A stretch of DNA of 64,000 bases from Podarcis erhardii. Lineage: Eukaryota. Position 1 is the stretch's first letter, and each line of letters starts with the position of its first letter. Of this stretch, positions 49,694-61,700 are shown piece by piece. The position numbers were made by a program, and so were the translations under genes. A model generated the notes under the pieces. That model did not search any database and was not told the DNA's origin. It was given only the letters and a program-made list of their open reading frames with translations. The stretch lies in NCBI GenBank assembly GCA_964252035.1, contig OZ176203.1; one strand, 5' to 3'.

Positions 49694-49950
49694 TGTTAGA
49701 GGGGGATTTTCCACTGGTGGCAGACGACAGAGACCGTGACACACTGAGACCGGTGTAAAACCAAACTAAATAAAGACTTTATTTCAAAACAACAAACAGC
49801 AAAGCAAGTGGGTGTTTTTCCTGCAGGCAGAGTACAAACCGCAGCTTTTCTCCTTTTGTAGCCATGGCCAGCTGCACCCAATTAGCCCAGAGCTCACAAA
49901 AACTGTTCTTAAAGGTAGAAACATGTTTCTGTGCAGAATGTCTCCCAACA
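49694..49950. mobile_element. Solo LTR, 257 bp, 5-bp TSD
   Basis: Starts TGTT, ends AACA; CCACA directly on both sides (49689-93, 49951-55); internal poly(A)-signal palindrome. Confidence 0.8.
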
Positions 49951-50126
49951 CCACACACGCTCCTTTAAAAAAAAATAAATTGGTCAAGCACGTAAAATTG
50001 AGATTCTGTAAGTTAAGTGCATAAGCTGTGAGTCTGTATTTGGGCAGTGTTGGAGGGGAAGGAGCAAGGCTCGTTCTGTGTGTTCTCTGGGTGCATAACC
50101 TTGTTCGCTGTTCCTTGTCCCACCAG

Positions 50127-53100
50127 CTTGAAGAACTGAACCAGCAGGTGGCCTGCCTGAGTGGCCAGCAGACTGAGCTGCAGGCAACAGTCCTCCGCCT
50201 CGAAGAGGAGAAGCACCTGCTTGAGGCCAACCTCCAGTCCGAGAGAAGCAGCTTTGAGGCAGAGAAGCGCCAGCTGACAGGCCTGCTCACGGAGCTGCAG
50301 AAGTCCCTCTCTGAGAGCTCTCGAGGCAAGGAGAAGCTGGAGCAGGATTTGCGAGCCCAGGAGGAGAGCCTGGTCGCTCAGGTCAACGCCCTGACGGCTG
50401 AGATTGCCAAGCTGATGGGCTTTCTCCATCAGAAGGACCAGGACCTGCTGGTTCTGCAGCAGCAGAAGGGCCAGCTGGCTGAGGACTTGCAGAAGAGCGA
50501 GCAGGCCTCCCGGGCAGCCCTTCAGGAGCTGAGCCTCCAGGTAGACCAGCTGACCAGCACGCTGCAGCAGAGCAGCCAGAAGCTGACGCAGGTGGAGGCT
50601 GCAGGCCAGGAAGCATACAACAAGGCTGCCCAGGAGAAAGAGCTGGCCCTGAGGCAACTCCAGGAGAAGGAGGCAGAACTGTCTACCCTGACCGAGCGGC
50701 TGCGTGCTCAGAGTGCCACTGCCACGGAAGCCCAGAGGGAGAAGGCCGATCTGAGCCACAAGGTCCAGGAGCTGGAGGCCAGGATCTTGACCCTCACTGC
50801 CCAGTGCCAGCAGAGCGAGGCCCAAGCAGGAGCTGTATCGGTGCTGAAAGGCCAGCTTCGTGAGGCACAGCAGAAGCTGGCTGACAAGGAGAAGCTGGCC
50901 AAGGAGAACACCCGTCTCCAGGAGCGGCTGCTGATCCTGGAGGAGTCCGTCTGCAACACAGAAGGCATCTTGGAGGATGAGAAGAGGCGGGCGGCCGAGT
51001 CCCTGGAGGGCAACCTTCGGCGGATTGCAGAGCTGGAGGAGCAGATTCAGGAACTGAGTAAGCACCGGGACCAGGTCCTGCGGGAGATGGGTGAGGAGAA
51101 GACCCAGAGGCAAGCCTTGGAGCGACAAGTGCAGCAGCTGGGGGAAGCGTCCAGGACCAAGGTGGAGGAGCTGCAGCACCAGATGGCAGAGCTCTCCTCT
51201 GTGGCTGCCAAAGGAGACCCAGGGGAGCTGGGGAGCCTTAAGGAGAAGGTCCGAGCGCTGAGCGGGGAGCAGGAGCAGGCCCACCTGAGGCTGCAGGCCG
51301 AGCAGCAGAAGGTGGCAGAACTGGAGGCTCAGGTGAAGCACCTGAACAGCAAGCACCAAGGAGCACTGGCTGAGCTCCAGGCGGACTTGGCTCGTGCCAC
51401 GTCGCAGGTCAAGGAGAAGGAGGGCACAGAGGACCAGCTCCGGGCAGAGATTGCCTCTCTGCAGGAGAAGGTGGCTGTGGCTCAGAGGGAGGCTGCCCAG
51501 AGCCTGGCCAAAGGGAAGAAGGAGGGGCACGAAGCAGCCCAGGCGCTGGAAGTTGTCACCAGGGAGCTGGCAGAGGAGAAGCGCAAGGTAGCCGAGCTGG
51601 AGGCTCAAGTGAGGCTGGCAGGGGATCAGAGCCATAAGGACCTGAGTGCAGCTGAGTCCAGCCTCTCTAGCACCAGGGCAGCCCTGAAGGAGAAGGAGCG
51701 CGAGACAGAGAAGCTGTCTGGCCAGCTGAAGTCCCTGAAGGCCAAGCTGGAAGAGGCCTCCCAGCAGCAGAAGCAGGAGCTGGCCCTGCACAAGGAGGAA
51801 ACCAAACGGCTGGCAGGCCAGGAGGAACGGGCCAGGGCGGAACTGGCCGCTGAGAAAGTCAGCAAGGCAGCCCTGGAGGTGCAGCTGCAGAATGTCACCA
51901 ACGAGCACCGAGTGGAAGTCTCTGGGCTCCAGGAGGAGGTAGCCAGGGCCCAGGAGCTGGTTGGGGAGAAAGAGCGGGAGCTGGAGGAGTTGCGCCTCAA
52001 GAACATCTCCCGCAGCGAGGAGCTAAGGGACCTGCAGAAGACGGTCAGCAAGCTGAAGGGGGAACTGGCCTCCGCTGAGGCCCTGAAGGAGAGGGCTGCC
52101 AAGATGGAGAGCGAGCTGCAAGGGTTCCTGGAGGCAGCCCGGACCCAAAAGGCCGAGATGGACAGCATCAAGTCGATGATGCACTCCAAGGACGCCTCCC
52201 TCAAGAGCCTGGAGGAGCAGAAGCGGCAGCAGGAGCAGGAGTCCACCTCCAGCCGAGAGCTCTACCAGGGGCAGCTGAAGGAGTGCGAGGCTCTCCGCGC
52301 GCAGGTGGAGAGGCTGGAGAAGCAGTGCAAGGAGCAGCAGATCACTGTTGCCCGGCTGGAGAAGGTGGCAGCCGCCTCTGAGCGGGAGCAGCAGGTGGAG
52401 GCGGAGGCTTTGAAGCGGGAGGTGGCGCAGCACAAGGAGAGGGCCGCGGAGCAGGAGCAGCTCCTGGAGGCATCCAAGTCCAGTCTAGAGAAGCTGAAGA
52501 GGGAGCTCCATGACAAAGGAAAGGAGCTGACCCAGAGCAGAGAGGCAGCATCCCGAGCCGAGAAGGAGCTAGTCGTCCTACGTGCTGCAGCCCAGGAGAA
52601 GAGCAAGTCTGAGGAGAGCTGGAAGGAGCAGCTGTCACGCTGTGCCCAGGAATCGGAGCGCCAGGCCAGCATCATCAGCAGCATGGAGAAGGAGACCTCC
52701 ATCATGCAAAGGCAGCAGCTGGAGAAGGAGGGGGAGATCAAGGACCTGAGGCGGCTGGCCCTGGCTGAGTCCGAGAAGAGCAAGAAGCTGGAGGAGAGGC
52801 TGCGGATCCTGCAGTCGGAAATGGCCACCGCCGCTTCCCGGGCAGCTGAGAGGTGCTCAACCATGAAAGCCGAAGCGCAGAGCTCCCAGGAGCAGGCGGA
52901 GAAGCTTCGGGTGTCGGTGGAGGCCCTGAAGAAGGAGCAGAGCGCTGCCTCCAAGCGGCAGGAGGACCTCTGCAAGGAGCTTAAGTCCTGGCAGGAGAAG
53001 GCCTTCCAGAAGGAGCAGCAGCTCTCCGCCCAGCAGCAGGAGTTTGCAGGGGCCCAGGCCCTGATCGCAGAGCTGATGCCCATCAAGTGCCTCTACCAGC

Positions 53101-53516
53101 AGCTGCAGGCCTCGCAGGCCTCGCAGGAGAGCAAGCACCGCGAGAAGCTGGAGCAGATGCAGAGCGCCGCCGGCCTCCTGCAGGCGGAGCTGGCCAGGGC
53201 CAAGCTGGAGCAGGCAGAGCTGCAGGCGGTGAAGGAGAGGCTCCTGGAGCGGGAGCGGGCCATCCAGCAGCTGCAGGCGGAGAAGGCCAGCTATGTGGGG
53301 CAGCTGGCCACCCTCCAGCAGGGCCAGGCGCAGCTGGCCGAGGAGAACCGGGGGCTGCAGCACCTGCCGGCAGAGCTGGCCCAGGTCAAGAAGCAGCACA
53401 CGCGGGAGATGGAGTTGGTCAGGCTCGACTCGGAGAAGCGGGTGGCCGCCATGAAGCGGGTGCTCGAGGACACCCAGAAGAAGTACGAGGAGAGCAAGCA
53501 GAGGCAGCTGGTGCAG
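50127..53516 (+). CDS. NUMA1: NuMA giant coiled-coil exon (coding exon 13, 3,390 nt, 1,130 codons)
   Basis: caccAG acceptor 50125-26, GTAAGG donor 53517. Uninterrupted E/Q/K/L/A-rich heptad ORF (track ORF 50028-53573) with NuMA motifs (EKRRAAESLE, LALAESEKSKKLEERLR, WQEKAFQKEQQL, EKASY..QL). Confidence 0.97.
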
Positions 53517-54071
53517 GTAAGGCCCCACACAGGATTCGGTTGCTTTGAGGGTTGGGGGTTGCCCAGGGGCTAGCCCTAGGCAGCTGCATCTTCCCAACCC
53601 ACCCTGTGGTTTCTTTGCCCTCTTAAAACAGGGTGAAGGGGTGGGGGGCAAAGCTCATCCTCTTTGCGCCCCCCCCCACTTCGTCCCTACTCCCTTGCTT
53701 CACTTGGGGGCAGCCCTGCCTCTGGAGTAAACCGTCTGGGATCCGGCCTAGGTTTGCCTGCTGGACAGAAAATGATGGTGGCTCTTAATGGTTTTCCATG
53801 CTGCTTAGAAATTCTGGTTCCAGTTCGCTTAATGAAGGGGACAGCTCTGCAGGGCCACCCTTGAGCCACGGAAGCATCGCTCTCAGGATTGGATGAGGTT
53901 GCAAGACACCTGGGGGTGGGGGCGCACCTTGCTGCATTCTGTGTAGTGCAGTTCAGATTGAGGGAATGTTCAGAAGCAAGATGTGGCCTGAAAGGCTCAG
54001 CAGACCTTATTTGGCTCATGGGGTGCATCTTGAGCAATGGGGACCCTCCTTCCATCTCTAGCCCTCTAGAA

Positions 54072-54328
54072 CATGGGTAGGCAAACTAAGGCCCAGGGGC
54101 TGGATCCGGCCCAATCGCCTTCTATATCCAGCCCGTGGACGGTCCGGGAATCAGTGTGTTTTTACATGAGTAGAATGTGTTCTTTTATTTAAAATGCATC
54201 TCTGGGTTATTTGTGGGGCATAGGAATTTGTTCACCCCACCAAAAAAATATATATATATAGTCCGGCCCCCCACAAGGTCTGAGGGACAGTGGACCGGCC
54301 CCTTGCTGAAAAAGTTTGCTGACCCCTG
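54072..54328. mobile_element. hAT (Charlie-like) MITE, 257 bp
   Basis: CATGGGTAGGCAAAC ... GTTTGCTGACCCCTG with perfect 8-bp TSD CTCTAGAA (54064-71, 54329-36). Confidence 0.92.
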
Positions 54329-54720
54329 CTCTAGAACTTTGGTGTCTGCTGTAGGCCAGTAGTAGATACTTTCCCTGAAAGTTAAAGCATGTAAGTTAAC
54401 AAAGGGGGTGCTGCTGTCCAGGAGCCATGTTTGCTTGAGATGCTGGCTATATGTTATCCTTGAATGGGCTCCCTTTTGCTCCTGCATGTACGCAGTGTTC
54501 TAGCATTGCCCCTCCAGGTTCCACAAGTCTTCTCCTCTGATTTATATACTACCCTCTCAGCTCTGAGCCTCTGGGGAAGGGATGAGCAACACCCTCTCGG
54601 TCTGGATTGGGTTGGCAGTTGAGTTCCCACCCTTGCCACAAGTTGCTCCAGCTGCTTTTTGTGGTGTTTTCACGTCTGCCTTCATTGCTTCCCCCTCCCA
54701 CCCACCCCCCAATCCTACAG

Positions 54721-54768
54721 GTGGAGCAGCTAGAGGTATATCAGAAAGAGCGAGCTAATGCATGCCAG
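54721..54768 (+). CDS. NUMA1: NuMA cassette exon (coding exon 14), VEQLEVYQKERANACQ
   Basis: cctacAG / GTAATG, 48 nt, phase 0-0. Orthologous to the alternatively spliced 14-aa human exon VEQLEVFQREQTKQ. Confidence 0.9.
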
Positions 54769-55419
54769 GTAATGCATGCCAGGTGTCAGCTGCTTAAACG
54801 GTGACAGTGCATGACGTAGCTGCTGCTGCTGCTTCCCCTCCATCATGGCTGCCATCTCCTGTTGTGAACTGTTTGCAATGGGGGCTTACAGAGGACAAGT
54901 AATAAGGCCGCCGCCACCCTCGTTTGGGGGCTGTGTGGGAAAACAGGGCTTCACAATACCTCTCTAAAACGCTGCACCTTATGCCCAGATGCCTCCTCAC
55001 ACAGGTCAGCAAAACTTTTGTTCTCTTACTTTGACAAAAAAAAATTACTTGGCAAGAGCAGAAAGCACACAAATCCTGTCCTTTGCCCCAAAGGCAAGAC
55101 TGTCCATAGCTATGTGGCAAAGCCAAGGCTGGCAAAGGAAGTTGCGCCAGCGGGCAGCAAAGTCAGTCTACTTGGGATTGTTGCCCTTCCAGCAGGTCTC
55201 ATAGTAGTATGAGGGCTTGCTACACACCCACACACCATTTTTTGTTGCCCTCCCCTTTAAAGATCTCCTTGGTGCCTCTTTTTCTGATAGCACCGCAGTA
55301 CAGCACCGCATGCATTCTTTTGCGCCCTCTCATCCCAACACCTGGGAAGCCTTGGGAGCAGCTTGGGGCGTACCAATTACTTGCCCTGTAGAATTTCCCA
55401 CTTCTCTTTGTAACTCCTA

Positions 55420-56240
55420 GTGGAACAACCTGCTGGAAGAGGCCAATGGCCCATCTAGTCGTCCATCCTGTTCCCAGTGTGGCCAAGCAGGTCCCCAAAA
55501 GGGAAACCCCCTCACAGGATTTGAGCACAAGAGCAACCTTCCCCTCCTGCAGTTTCCAGCAACTGGGATCCAGAAGTGCTGCTGCTTCCAGCTGTGGAGG
55601 CAGAGCATAGCCGCCAGGGGCTAGTAGCCATGGGGAACCTTTTCTCCTCCATGAATTTATCTGATCCTTGTTCAAAGCTATCTAGGTTGGTGGCCATGGC
55701 TGCTTCCTGGGGGAGTGAGTTTCATTATTTAGCTATGTGCTGTGCGACGGGGTGAGCTCCTGTTGCTGTGTCCCAGCTCCTGCCAACCTAGCAGTTCGAA
55801 AGCACACCAGTGCAAGTAGATAAATAGGTACCACTGCGTTGGGAAGGTAAACGGTGTTTCTGTGCACTCTAGCTTCTGCCACCGTGTCCCATTATGCCAG
55901 AAGTGGTTTAGTCCTGCTGGCCACATGATCTGGAAAGCTGTCTGTGGACAAATGCCGGCTCCCTCGGCCTGAAAGTGAGATGAGAGCCGCAACCCCATAG
56001 TCACCTTTGACTGGTCTTAACCATCCAGGGGTTCTTTACCCACCTTTACCTGCATCTGGCGCACTTTCTCCAGTTCTGGGCACCACTTTTTAAGACTACT
56101 GCGCCAAGAGGGGAGTAGCCATATGAAGCCAGAGGTCCTTTCTCCGAGGTCCTTTCCCGCTCCAGCTGCTGCATCTTTTGGCATATTCTGTCTTCTGTCT
56201 TCCCCATCTCCTTCCTATATTTTCCTTCGGTATAGGAGAG
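55420..56240 (-). mobile_element. Old CR1 3' region interrupted by a Sauria SINE
   Basis: CR1-like segments at 55420-55743 and ~56052-56240. Confidence 0.6.
55744..56051 (+). mobile_element. Sauria SINE, 5'-truncated
   Basis: GCGACGGGGTGAGCTCC...GTGCAAGTAGATAAATAGGTACC...CCTTTACC. Confidence 0.9.
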
Positions 56241-57756
56241 AATCTCTGTGAATGATACTGCTCTCGGGAGGGGAGACCTTGAGCTCCAGGCAGAGTGCAG
56301 GGTCTGCAATGCAGGGGGGCCAGCCCTCTAACCTTCAGGGTTACCAGGAGCTAAAAGCACCACCACCTCTCTTAGCCATCTGCAAGCATGGTTGCACCTG
56401 AAGACAAGTCCACCCCCTCACCCCTGTGTTTTAAATCCCTCCATTAAGAGCAAACCAGCTTAAACTAGAATCCCCTGAAACGGCCCCCTCCACTTCAGAA
56501 ACCCTCTTGGATTCTAACCTTCAATGTTTCCGTGGATCCCTGATGCTCCCTTGCCCCCGAGCGCACGAGAGGCAAACAGTTGGCAATGGAGACCCTGCTT
56601 TGGGGTTGCTGGGGAGACCTGGAGGTGGGAAATGCAGGACGGTGGGTGTGGCTAATTAACTTCCAGCATCACTTTCATCGCATGTCAGAGCATCTGCTTG
56701 CAGCACACCCCAGCTCTTCTGCTTGTAGAGAGCTGCTCTTCCTGGGAAGCTGCTAACCCCCATGCACCATTTCTGCTCTGAAGCCCACTGACCCAACCTG
56801 CAGCTGGAATGTGGTGTTTGCGCAGCATAGATGTGTCGGTGGAGGGTTGGAGGCTGCTCTGGCACGCTCTCTGCTGCTGCTTCCAGGAAGCTCTTGCAGG
56901 GGCAGAATGTTTAGGACAAGGGGCTCCAGTGATACTGATGCTTCCTGGGTGGAAGGGAACCTGTCGGAGGGTATGCCTGGAATGTGGGTATGCCTGGAAT
57001 GTGCTTCCAGGCATAGAGGACTCTGGCCCGCTGCATGCAGTTCTTTCTGTGTTCCTGTAGTAACTCTTGAGGGTCTGTGGCATTTGACAGAATTCAGACT
57101 ATGGCATCATGGTTGCAAAAAGAAGCTTGAAAAAGGTGTGTAGTTCTGGGGGAAACGCCCTCAGTCTCAGGGAGGCTGAGCAGTGCGTGCATTGAATTGG
57201 GGCCTCACAGCTGTTTTCCTCCTAGCAATCAGAGTCCTTATCCAAAAACACATTCAGTGACCTATTAGTGTTGCTTTTACCAGGTGCAGAACTTGGCCCT
57301 CCCCCCTCTTTCTTTCTTTCGCATGGGGCTTGACTTACAAGAGAAGTCTTTGATGCTGAAGGGGCCAAGCTGAGTAACATAGACAGCACCAGATTCCTCC
57401 TTCCAACCCCCAAACTGGATAAAGTGGTCAGTCCCGAGATGTCCTAAACTGTGACTCTCTGATGCCTTGCTCATAGAATCATAGACCCCAAAGGGTCATC
57501 TAGTCCAATCTGCTGCAATGCAGGAGTCACAGCTTTTGGTAAAAGGGGGAGACTTCCTTGGCCTCCTGCCAGCCAGTCCTTTTCTAGGCATGGCTGTTCC
57601 AGTACAGTAGGTTTAGGAGGGGGACAGAGATTGCTGAATGGGCGGCTCTGTGCAGAGCCTCAAAGAGCCAGGAGGGAGTGGCTGACAGCGCTTTGAGCAG
57701 GAGGGGGAGGGGTTGGAATAACTATTCTCTCTCTCTCCCCCCCCTTTCCTTTCCAG

Positions 57757-57825
57757 CTGGAGGAGCTGAAACAGAAGTACGCTCAGCAGGAGAAGGTCAC
57801 TCAAGCCCAGCAGCAGAGAGCCCAG
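57757..57825 (+). CDS. NUMA1: NuMA coding exon 15, LEELKQKYAQQEKVTQAQQQRAQ
   Basis: Long pyrimidine tract + ttccAG, donor GTGAGC, 69 nt, phase 0-0. Confidence 0.88.
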
Positions 57826-58252
57826 GTGAGCTTCCAGGGATGGAGCCTGGAGAGAGTTCTCCTAGTGCAGAGGTGCCCAAGCTTTTGGGGGGCACTGTCC
57901 CATTGGCTTCATAAATTTATCCCCAGATCCCCACCCTACCCTATAAAAAGCATTCAGAATAGTGGTTTGCATGACCCACTAGTCTAATCCCCTGCAATCG
58001 AGGGCAAGGGGAATCAGGGAAGATAATAACAAGAAATGTGAAACAGTAACAATTTATTGCCTTTCCCCCCCCCAAATCCAATTAAAGCTATTTAGTTTTC
58101 ACCGATGCCAGCTTTTCAAAGACAAGGGGTGGAAAGGACCCTTGTAAGTCTACTGAGCAACCTCACTCAGCTGGTGCAAGAGTCATGGGGATGAAAGAAA
58201 ACAATTTCCCTCTCTGGCACTGTAAGGGAATATCTGGGTCTCTCCTCAGCAG

Positions 58253-58351
58253 GTGCATGAAGAAGAGCTTAAGCACCAGAATGAGAAGATCTTGGATCTC
58301 CAGTCTCAGGTGGCCCAGAAGGAACAAGCTGCTGAGCATTACAAGACACAG
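58253..58351 (+). CDS. NUMA1: NuMA coding exon 16, (Q)VHEEELKHQNEKILDLQSQVAQKEQAAEHYKTQ; alternative start 58250
   Basis: Tandem CAGCAG acceptor 58247-52, donor GTAGAA 58352, QKEQAAEHYK motif. Confidence 0.93.
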
Positions 58352-58708
58352 GTAGAAAAAGGGGAGCTGTCTCCCTCTGGGGCAGAAGTGAGGGGTGGGA
58401 GGGGAGAAAACTATCACCCTGGCTTCTACCCTGTATTAAACAGACACAGTTAAGGCAAGTACTAATTGCAAATGTGGGTGTGTGGAGGGTAAGAACACTT
58501 TGTGACGTTGCACAACGACATGGCTTAGCAAGGGTCTCTTAAGGAAGCACCAGCCTTGGCACCAGCCTTTTATTGTTTTTTGTTTATATTGTCTTATTTG
58601 TGTTTTGTTTTGTTTTTTTGTTTTTTTGTTTGTTTGTTTCTTAAAGGGGTTATTTTGTTCTTAAGGGGAGGGGTCAGGGCTGCCGGGGAATGGGCCCCAG
58701 CCCACAAA

Positions 58709-61700
58709 ATGGCTGGGATATGCTTCACAGGGGGGAATGCACTGGGACAACCGATCTCAGTGATCACGGGTAGGAGGAGGAGTTACGCTAAGACCAGACC
58801 ATGTCATTACAGAGGAGGCAGGTTTAGTCGTTGTCTGAGGACTATCCCTGCCTCTGGGTCTGGTCCTGACCGGATGAATACTAGAATCAGCAAGGGATAC
58901 CCACATGACCTGAAAGTGTTGCTGTGCAATGCCAGGTCAATGATTCATAAGACCACTGCCATCCATGACTTGATCATGGATGGAGGACTTGACCTGGCAT
59001 GTGTAACAGAGACTTGGTTGGATGAAGCAGATGGGCCTGTCCTTGCCGCTGCTTGTCCACCAGGTTTCTCTTACGCACAGCAACCCAGGTCATGTGGGCG
59101 GGGAGGGGGGGTTGCAGTGATTTTTAGGAAGTCATTAGTTTGCACCAGGCGTCCTATTGGGAAGACCCAGTTTTCTGAGTGCATGTTCTGGAAGTTGGGC
59201 AATAGGGGCAGTACAGGATTCCTTTTGGTGTACCGACCTCCCCGCTGCACCAAGGATTCCCTGCCCGAGCTGCTTCAGGTCGTGGCGGATGTTCTCCTGG
59301 AGACACCTAGCTTGGTCGTCCTAGGGGATTTTAACATCCATGCCGACACGACCTTACAAGGGGCCGCTCGGGACTTCGTGGAAAGCATGGCCTCCATGGG
59401 GCTGTCCCTGAATAAGTCTGACCCAACCCATAGCCGCGGACATGCCTTGGACCTGGTGTTTACCTCTACGGATGTTGGTGATCTGACACTAAGTAAAAGC
59501 GAAACGAAAGAAGTGCCATGGTCAGATCACTTCCTGGTGCAACTGGACTTCTCCGCGACCCATCCCCTCTGCAGAGAGGTGGGACCGATTCGGATGGTCC
59601 GCCCCCGCCACTTAATGGATCCAAATGGTTTCCAGAGAGTGGTTGGGGATGCTTTATCCCATGTTGATGGACTTTCAGCCGATTCCCTGGTGGCCCGCTG
59701 GAATGTGGAGTTAACCAGGGCTATTGACTGTTTGGCTCCGAAGCGCCCTCTCCGATTGCATGAAGCCCAGAGAGCCCCGTGGTTTTCCACGGATCTGAGG
59801 GCAATGAAACAATCGTTGAGACGGCTAGAGCGCCGGTGGCGGATAACTCATTCTGAATCTGACCGGACACGGGTTAGAGCTCAACGTCGAGCCTACCAAG
59901 TGGCGATAGCGACGGCGAAGAAGACTTTCTTCACCGCCTCTATTGCATCTGCAGAAAACAGCAGCAGGAGACTCTTTCAGGTGGTTCGCAATTTAGCGGA
60001 ACCACCTGTAACATCGGGGCCCAGTACGGGCCACATGTTCTCCTGCAATGATTTTGCAAATTTTTTTGCAGATAAAATCGCTCAGATTCGGGAAGAAGTA
60101 GACTCCACCGTGGGAGCAGGGCCGGGGCGGGAGAGTGCTAGAGTCCTGTCTGGTCAAGTTGTGTGGGATCAATTTCAATCTGTTACCTCCGAGGATGTGG
60201 ACAGGCTGCTTGGACGAGTGAAGCCAACCACCTGTCTCCTGGATCCTTGCCCATCCTGGCTTATAAAAGCTAGCCGGGAAGGACTGGGCGATGGGCTTCG
60301 TGGGGTGGTGAATGCTTCCCTCCGTGAGGGAGCCTTCCCAGACCCGCTGAAAGAGGCGGTTATTAAACCGCTTCTTAAAAAACCATCTTTAGATGCGGCC
60401 ACGATGGCCAATTATCGCCCAGTCTCAAACCTCCCATTCTTGGGCAAGGTGATTGAGCGAGTGGTTGCTGAACAACTCCAGGCACGCCTGGAAGAAGCGG
60501 ACCATTTGGATCCCTTCCAGTCGGGATTCAGGCCTCATCATGGGACTGAAACTGCCTTGGTCACACTGGTTGATGATCTCCGGCGGGCTAGGGACAAAGG
60601 TGAGAGCTGTTTCCTAGTTCTGCTGGATCTCTCAGCGGCGTTTGATACCATCGACCATGACATCCTTCTGGACCGTCTTGAGGGGCTGGGAGCTGGGGGC
60701 ACTGTCATACAGTGGTTCCGCTCCTTCCTCCTGGGCCGTGTTCAGAAAGTGGTGGTGGGGGATGAGTGTTCAGACCCCTGGCCGCTCACTTGTGGGGTGC
60801 CTCAGGGTTCTGTCCTCTCCCCCATGCTTTTCAACATCTACATGCAGCCGCTGGGAGGGATCATCAGGAGGTTTGGGCTGGGTGTTCATCAGTATGCAGA
60901 TGATACCCAGCTCTACCTCTCTTTTAAATCAGAACCAGTGAAGGCGGTAAAGGTCCTGTGTGAGTGTCTGGAAGCGGTTGGAGGATGGATGGCGGCTAAC
61001 AGATTGAGGTTGAATCCTGACAAGACAGAAGTACTGTTTTGGGGGGACAGGAGGCGGGCAGGTGTGGAGGATTCCCTGGTCCTGAATGGGGTAACTGTGC
61101 CCCTGAAGGACCAGGTGCGCAGCCTGGGAGTCATTTTGGACTCACAGCTGTCCATGGAGGCACAGGTCAAATCTGTATCCAGGGCAGCTGTTTACCAGCT
61201 CCATCTGGTACGTAGGCTGAGACCCTATCTGCCTGCGGACTGTCTCGCCAGAGTGGTACATGCTCTGGTTATCTCCCGCTTGGACTACTGCAATGCGCTC
61301 TACGTGGGGCTACCTTTGAAGGTGACCCGGAAACTACAACTAATACAGAATGCGGCAGCTAGACTGGTGACTGGGAGCAGCCACCGAGACCATATAACAC
61401 CGGTCTTGAAAGACCTACATTGGCTCCCAGTACGTTTCCGAGCACAATTCAAAGTGTTGGTGTTGACCTTTAAAGCCCTAAATGGCCTCGGTCCAGTATA
61501 TCTGAAGGAGCATCTCCTCCCCCATCGTTCTGCCCGGACACTGAGGTCCAGCTCCGAGGGCCTTCTGGCGGTTCCCTCACTGCGAGAGTCCAAGTTGCAG
61601 GGAACCAGGCAGAGGGCCTTCTCGGTGGTGGCGCCCGCCCTGTGGAATGCCCTCCCATCGGATGTCAAGGCGATGGACAACTACCTGACATTCAGAAGAC

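Noticed and set aside
50013-53651. Long antisense and alternative-frame ORFs (631, 274, 264, 206 aa)
   Set aside because: They are shadows of the CAG/GAG/CTG-rich NuMA coiled-coil exon, whose reverse strand is depleted of stops; the products are L/S-rich nonsense.
58547-58569. GCACCAGCCTT direct repeat as the TSD of the L2
   Set aside because: Both copies are at the 5' junction and none follows the 3' tail. It is a local duplication, not a TSD.
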